The translations under genes were made by a program, and so were the position numbers. Shown here in pieces: positions 58,978 through 64,000 of a stretch of 64,000 nucleotides of DNA. The DNA comes from an uncultured Alphaproteobacteria bacterium (GTDB lineage: Bacteria; Pseudomonadota; Alphaproteobacteria; Rhizobiales; Xanthobacteraceae). The stretch lies in NCBI GenBank assembly GCA_963744975.1, contig CAVUVR010000002.1, positions 2,785,069-2,849,068 of the forward strand. The letters are read 5' to 3'. Each line of letters opens with the position of its first letter. The first letter of the stretch is position 1. The notes beneath the pieces are model-generated. The model was not told the origin of the DNA, searched no databases, and saw only the letters and a program-made list of their open reading frames with translations.

Positions 58978-59154
58978 GAATAGGAGCCTTTGCCCGAGCC
59001 GGGCGATGCTGTAAGCTGACCTTAGCGATATCCCGGTTCGCCGTAAGCGGGCCTGGGACACCCGGAACGGCGCTTCCGTCTATCGCATTCATCGACAACC
59101 AACGCTTGCGTTGCGTGCGCTGACCGTGCCCGCGACCATGCACGGAGCGTCATC

Positions 59155-59934
59155 ATGCGTCGTTTTGCCGGCTTTCTCATTGCCTTCACGATTGTATTCG
59201 GATCGGCGCCCGCGCTGGCGCAGGACAAGACTCTGATGGTATTCGCCGCCGCGTCGATGAAGAACGCGCTCGACGATATCGACGCCGCCTACAGCGCGAA
59301 AACCGGCGTCAAGATCGTCGTCAGCTATGCCGCGAGTTCGGCATTGGCAAAACAGATCGAACAGGGCGCGCCCGCCGATGTGTTTGCGTCCGCCGACACC
59401 GACTGGATGGACTATGCTGCGGGTAAAAAGAACATCAACGAGTCGACGCGAGTGAATTTGCTCGGCAACGCGATCGTCCTGATCGCACCAAAGGATTCCA
59501 AAATCGACAGCGTCGCCATCGGACAAGGTTTTGATCTTTCAAAACTCGCCGGCGACGGCAGGATCGCGACCGGCGACGTCAAAGCCGTTCCGGTCGGCAA
59601 ATACGCCAAGGCGGCATTGGAAAAGCTCGGCGCGTGGAGCGCGGCCGCGCCGAAATTCGCGATGGCGGAGAACGTGCGCGCGGCGCTGCTGCTGGTGTCG
59701 CGCGGCGAAGCCGCACTCGGCATCGTCTACGCGACCGACGCCAAGGTCGAGTCCGGCGTGAAGATCGTCGGCACCTTCCCGGCGGATTCGCATCCCGCCG
59801 TCATCTATCCGGTGGCGGCGACCAGGACCGCGAAAGCGGAAGCCGCGGATTATCTCGCCTTCCTGCGCTCGACCGCGGCCAAGGCCATTTTCGAAAAATA
59901 CGGTTTTACGTTTTTGGTCAGCCCGACGACATGA
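59155..59934 (+). CDS. modA: Molybdate ABC transporter substrate-binding protein
   Basis: VFAAASM, ASSALAKQIEQGAPADVF, VP.GKYA, VYATDA. Confidence 0.95.
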   Translation: MRRFAGFLIAFTIVFGSAPALAQDKTLMVFAAASMKNALDDIDAAYSAKTGVKIVVSYAASSALAKQIEQGAPADVFASADTDWMDYAAGKKNINESTRVNLLGNAIVLIAPKDSKIDSVAIGQGFDLSKLAGDGRIATGDVKAVPVGKYAKAALEKLGAWSAAAPKFAMAENVRAALLLVSRGEAALGIVYATDAKVESGVKIVGTFPADSHPAVIYPVAATRTAKAEAADYLAFLRSTAAKAIFEKYGFTFLVSPTT

Positions 59935-59945
59935 CACCGTCATGT

Positions 59946-60064
59946 CGTCATTGCGAGGAGCGCAGCGACGAAGCAATCCAGGACCCCCTCCCTTCCCTCC
60001 CCCGCGAGCGGGGGAGGGTTAGGGTGGGGGGATTGCTTCGTCGCAAGGGCTCCTCGCAATGACG
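59946..60064. repeat. Composite REP family C::H within the mod operon
   Basis: Nearly identical to 30325-30436. Confidence 0.85.
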
Positions 60065-60080
60065 GGAGCACCGAGGTCAT

Positions 60081-60776
60081 ATGTCTGACATTTCTCCCAC
60101 GGAATGGACCGCGATCCTGCTGTCGCTGCGGGTCGCGCTGGTGGCCACGCTGGTGGCGACGCCGATCGGCATTGCGGTGGCATGGCTGCTGGCGCGGCGC
60201 GAGTTCTGGGGCAAATCCGTCGTCGATGCCTTGATCCATCTGCCGCTGGTGCTGCCGCCGGTGGTGACCGGTTATCTGCTGCTGCTGACATTCGGCCGGC
60301 GCGGCCTGGTCGGCGGCTGGCTCGCCGACCATCTCGGCATCGTGTTCGCGTTCCGCTGGACCGGCGCGGCGCTGGCCTGCGGCATCATGTCGTTTCCACT
60401 GCTGGTGCGCCCGATCCGGCTGTCCATCGAGGCGATCGACAAGCGGCTGGAGCAGGCCGCGGGCACGCTGGGGGCGGCGCCGTGGCGGGTGTTTACGACG
60501 GTGACGCTGCCGCTGGCGCTGCCCGGCGTACTCGCCGGCATGGTGCTGGGCTTTGCCAAGGCGATCGGCGAGTTCGGCGCCACCATCACCTTCGTCTCCA
60601 ACATTCCCGGCGAGACCCAGACCATTTCCTCGGCGATCTATTCGCTGATCCAGACCCCCGATGGCGACACCGCCGCATTACGGTTGGTGATCGTCTCCAT
60701 CGTCATCGCCATGGGCGCGCTGATCGCGTCGGAATTTTTCGCACGCCGCGCCACCCAGCGCCTGCACGGGAACTGA
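60081..60776 (+). CDS. modB: Molybdate ABC transporter permease
   Basis: LPLVLPPVVTGY, EQAA.TLGA, GEFGATI. Confidence 0.96.
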   Translation: MSDISPTEWTAILLSLRVALVATLVATPIGIAVAWLLARREFWGKSVVDALIHLPLVLPPVVTGYLLLLTFGRRGLVGGWLADHLGIVFAFRWTGAALACGIMSFPLLVRPIRLSIEAIDKRLEQAAGTLGAAPWRVFTTVTLPLALPGVLAGMVLGFAKAIGEFGATITFVSNIPGETQTISSAIYSLIQTPDGDTAALRLVIVSIVIAMGALIASEFFARRATQRLHGN

Positions 60777-60779
60777 CTG

Positions 60780-61445
60780 ATGTTGCGCGTGGAGGTCTTC
60801 AAACAGCTCGGTGAATTCTCCATCGAAGCCTCGTTCACCAGCGAAGGGCGCGTCACCGGCCTGTTCGGTGCCTCCGGAGCGGGCAAGACCTCGCTGATCA
60901 ACATGATCGCAGGCCTGCTGAAGCCCGATCGCGGGTTCATCGCCATCGATAACGAAACGCTGGACGACACTGCGGCGCGGCTGCACGTGCCACCCTATCG
61001 CCGCCGCATCGGTTATGTGTTCCAGGACGCGCGGCTGTTTCCGCATCTCGATGTCAGCCAGAATCTGGACTACGGCCGGCGCATGAACGGGCTGCCGCGC
61101 GACCGCTCAAGCGAAGCGCGCATCACCGACCTGCTCGACATCGGCGGCCTCAAGGATCGCCGTCCCGGTCAATTGTCCGGCGGCGAGCGTCAGCGCGTCG
61201 CGCTCGGCCGCGCGCTATTGTCGAAACCGAGATTGCTGCTGCTCGATGAGCCGCTGGGCTCGCTGGACGAAGGCCGCAAGGTCGAGATCCTGCCCTATCT
61301 GGTGCGGCTTCGCGACGAAGCCGGGATTCCGATGGTCTATGTCAGCCACGACGCGGCCGAATTGCGCCAGTTGGCGACGCAGATCGTGATGCTCCGGCAC
61401 GGCCGGGTAACCGCGCTCGGCGGAGTCAAGGTGCTGTCCAAATAG
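60780..61445 (+). CDS. modC: Molybdate ABC transporter ATPase (short, no TOBE domain)
   Basis: GASGAGKT, FQDARLFPHL, LSGGERQR, LLLDEP. Confidence 0.93.
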   Translation: MLRVEVFKQLGEFSIEASFTSEGRVTGLFGASGAGKTSLINMIAGLLKPDRGFIAIDNETLDDTAARLHVPPYRRRIGYVFQDARLFPHLDVSQNLDYGRRMNGLPRDRSSEARITDLLDIGGLKDRRPGQLSGGERQRVALGRALLSKPRLLLLDEPLGSLDEGRKVEILPYLVRLRDEAGIPMVYVSHDAAELRQLATQIVMLRHGRVTALGGVKVLSK

Positions 61446-61451
61446 CCACCA

Positions 61452-61583
61452 CGTGTCCCGGACGCGGTGCGGCATTCTTCATGCCGCTCCACAGAGCCGG
61501 GACCGTAACGAACACCGGCGCTTGGTACGGTCCCGGTTCTGCGAAGCAGCGCTGAAGGAGCGCTGCATCGCGCCCGGGACACG
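61452..61583. repeat. REP-like element, family A
   Basis: Between convergent modC and cvrA. Confidence 0.85.
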
Positions 61584-61589
61584 ATGCTC

Positions 61590-63384
61590 TCAAATCCCCG
61601 TCACCGACGCCCACATCCGCGCCAGCTTGCGCTTGAACTTCGCCATCCGCGTCTCCGGCACGACGTCTTCCTCATCCTCCGGCAAGCGCAGTCCGACGAC
61701 GTTCACCCGCCCGCCGCCGATGCTGCGCGCGACCAGAACGATGGAATCGAGCGCAAGCTCCGCGCCTTCCTTCGGCGCGCGATCGAGATGAATGTCGAAG
61801 TAATCCGCCAGCGTCAGTTTTGCCTGCTCTTCATCCACCGCTACGCCGTAAACTTCCGCAAGCTCGCCAAGCGTGTGCTCGCCGGATACCGTGAAATCGC
61901 CGAGCAGATGCGGATCGGGCGCCGTGCTCGGCGCCATGTCGACAAAGAAGCGGTCGAGCGCCTCGGCTTTTTCCGGCGGCGCCAGCAGATAGATGTAATC
62001 GCCGGCCGCGACCGGCTCGGCCTCGGCCGGCGACAAGATCTTCTCGTCGCGAATGACCAGCGTCGGCTTCGACCATGACGGAATCAGGCCGCGGCGCAGG
62101 TACAGGCTCTTGGAGCGGACGGAATAGCCGACCAGTTGCTGCTCGAGCTGGCCCGGCAGATCCAGTTCGATCCGCCGCGGCCCGCGATCGGAGCGCGGCA
62201 GTGCGACGTGGAGACGACGGGCCGCGGCGGCCAGCGTCCAGCCCTGCAGCAGCAGCGAGATGATGACGACGACGAAGGCAACGTCGAAATACAAGATAGG
62301 CCTTCGACAACCCGACCAGCATCGGGATCGACGCCAGGAAGATCGCCACCGCGCCGCGCAGGCCGGTCCAGGCGATAAACGTCTTCTCGCGCCAGTTGAA
62401 CTTGAACGGCGCCAGACAGAGAAACACCGCGATCGGCCGCGCCACCAGCATCAGCACGAAGGCGACCACGACCGCCGAACCGATGCTGCCGACCAGCCGC
62501 TGCGGCGATACCAGGAGGCCCAGCAGCACGAACATCACGATCTGCGCCAGCCAGGTCGCGGCGTCGAGAAAGGTCACCACCGAATTATGCGCGCGGGTCG
62601 GCCGGTTGCCGATGATGATGCCGGCGAGGTACACCGCGAGAAACCCCGAGCCGTGCACGATCTGCGCGCCGCCGAAAATCACCAACGCGGCGGTGGTGAC
62701 GAACGGCGCGTGCAGCCCCTGCGGCAGCGCGACGCGGTTCAACCCCAGCACCACCAGCCGCCCGCCGATCACGCCGACGATGGTGCCAAGCACGGCCTCG
62801 CGGACCAATTCCAGCACCACATGCGCGGCCGAGCTATCGCCGATCGAAATCAGTTCCACCAGCATCAAGGTGAGAAACACCGCAAACGGATCGTTGGTGC
62901 CGGACTCCGCCTCCAGCGTTGCGCCGACGCGGGGACGCAAGCGCAAGCCCTGCGCATGCACCAGCAAGAACACCGCCGCGGCATCGGTCGATGCCACCAC
63001 GGCGCCGACCAGCAGCGCCTCGGTCCAGTTCAGGTCGAGTGCGATCTTGGCGATGGGGGCGGTAATCAGCGCCGTCAGCAGCACGCCGACGGTGGCCAGC
63101 ACCATCGACGGCGCCAGCACCGCGCGGATGCTTTGGAAGCGCGTCTTTAAGCCGCCGTCGAACAGGATCAGCGCCAGCGCCACCGATCCCACAAGATAGG
63201 TGGTGCGGACATCGTCGAACCGGATCTGGCCGGGGCCGGAATCGCCGGCAAACATGCCGATCAACAGAAACACCAGCAGCAGCGGCGCGCCGAAGCGCAG
63301 CGCCAGCAGGCTCGACAGGATGCCGGCCATCACCAGAACTGCGCCGAGAAGAATGGCTATGCTGACCGAATCGAGAGAAGCCAT
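61590..63384 (-). CDS. cvrA: K+/H+ antiporter NhaP2/CvrA, split by a +1 frameshift at ~62294
   Basis: STDAAAVF, ESGTNDP, W.GLRGAVAIFLA; the C-terminal half continues in the 61590-62294 frame (YFDVAF...QGWT). Confidence 0.9.
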
Positions 63385-63535
63385 GAAACTCCGCAATCAC
63401 CGCAAAACCTTGCGATTGCATCCTTATCGTCGCCACACTTCGACGCCAACCCATTTCTGCCGGCCGACAACATTCCCCGTCATCCTGAGAGGATGTGACC
63501 CTATGCGAGGGACGGGCGATGTTGTCGCGTGGTTA

Positions 63536-64000
63536 GAGGCTGTTCAAGAAGGGCGGTGATAGGCAGCTGTATGCGTCCGATGGCTGTTATTATCGAGGCT
63601 GCGCCAGCAGGCGATGGCCGGTAAGGATGTTGTTTGCGAGGGCGAACCAGCGCAGCACGCAGAGAACCTTTTCACGGCCGCGGACGAGGAACTGGCGCAG
63701 GCCCCAGTTGCGGAAGCGGGCATTGATGCATTCACCCGGAGCGCGTCGCTTGTAGACGCCTTTGCCGTGAGGGCTTTTCATCCGTCTTCGCCAGGCTGCC
63801 ACTCCGGGGCCATCATCCGGGCGCGGAGCGTAGGGATCGGTATTGTGCTTGCTCTTGACGGCCGGGCCATACACCTTCACGCCGCTTGCCGCGGCCCATT
63901 CGATATCCTCATTCTTGTTGAAGCCGCCGTCGACGAGCTGCCGCTTCGGCAGTTTGCCAAAATCCCGCTTGATGGTTTCCCCCATGGGCCGCATCAGGCC
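63536..64000 (-). mobile_element. End of an IS1182-family-like insertion sequence, continuing beyond the window
   Basis: Transposase C-terminus plus putative terminal IR GAGGCTGTTCAAGAA at 63536. The exact end cannot be confirmed without the other IR. Confidence 0.7.
63590..64000 (-). CDS. DDE transposase, C-terminal part (5' end outside the window)
   Basis: LVDGGF, YKRR...E..NA.F...GLRQF.VRG..KV.....FALANN pattern. Confidence 0.85.
   Translation of the reverse strand, partial: GLMRPMGETIKRDFGKLPKRQLVDGGFNKNEDIEWAAASGVKVYGPAVKSKHNTDPYAPRPDDGPGVAAWRRRMKSPHGKGVYKRRAPGECINARFRNWGLRQFLVRGREKVLCVLRWFALANNILTGHRLLAQPR

Noticed and set aside
58980-59154. Moco riboswitch or ModE box upstream of modA
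   Set aside because: An imperfect hairpin exists at ~59030-59057, but I could not match the Moco RNA or ModE consensus by eye; an Rfam scan would be needed.
60780-61445. modC truncated by the adjacent REP
   Set aside because: The ABC domain is complete, ends at its own stop before the REP, and no TOBE remnant follows. A naturally short ModC is more likely, though unverified.

Overview
A 64-kb window of GC-rich alphaproteobacterial chromosome. Gene order and protein style suggest Bradyrhizobium or a close Nitrobacteraceae relative (inference, no database search run). The backbone is housekeeping: fmt, def, rmuC, polA, ugd, hrpB, a PMM/PGM, nudC, ffs-dnaX-ybaB-recR, ampG, pyrE, glgP, pckA, chvI-chvG-hprK-EIIA-HPr, lepA, mepA, modABC and a K+/H+ antiporter. 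About 30 REP-like palindromic units of several families fill the intergenic spaces. Highlights: (1) an unannotated ~390-nt candidate structured RNA (15165-15553, minus strand) with a sigma70-type promoter at its 5' end, strand-specific G.U pairs, GAAA/CUUG tetraloops and a pseudoknot; (2) a GIY-YIG nuclease gene sitting exactly between perfect 38-bp inverted CGTC-type REP arms, beside a LexA box, while five gene-free copies of the same arms enclose different 64-76 nt spacers, making it a candidate REP-mobilising or REP-processing element; (3) a PolA whose 5'-nuclease region carries a low-GC 72-aa insert that aligns without gaps to the enzyme's own thumb segment; (4) an extended bufferin-like MNIO (DUF692) RiPP locus with two Cys-rich precursors, matching ECF promoters, CcdA/DoxX/thioredoxin-domain genes, a creatininase/MftE-like protein with an altered metal site and an exported zinc peptidase; (5) a toxin-antitoxin islet bounded by a duplicated lepA 3' end. 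There are three type II TA pairs and the end of an IS1182-like element. Four single-base +1 frameshifts (hrpB, lepA, a mazF, cvrA) look like sequencing or assembly errors. No CRISPR array, tRNA or rRNA was recognised. Family names come from motif recognition, and all alignments, GC values and RNA pairings were done by hand.
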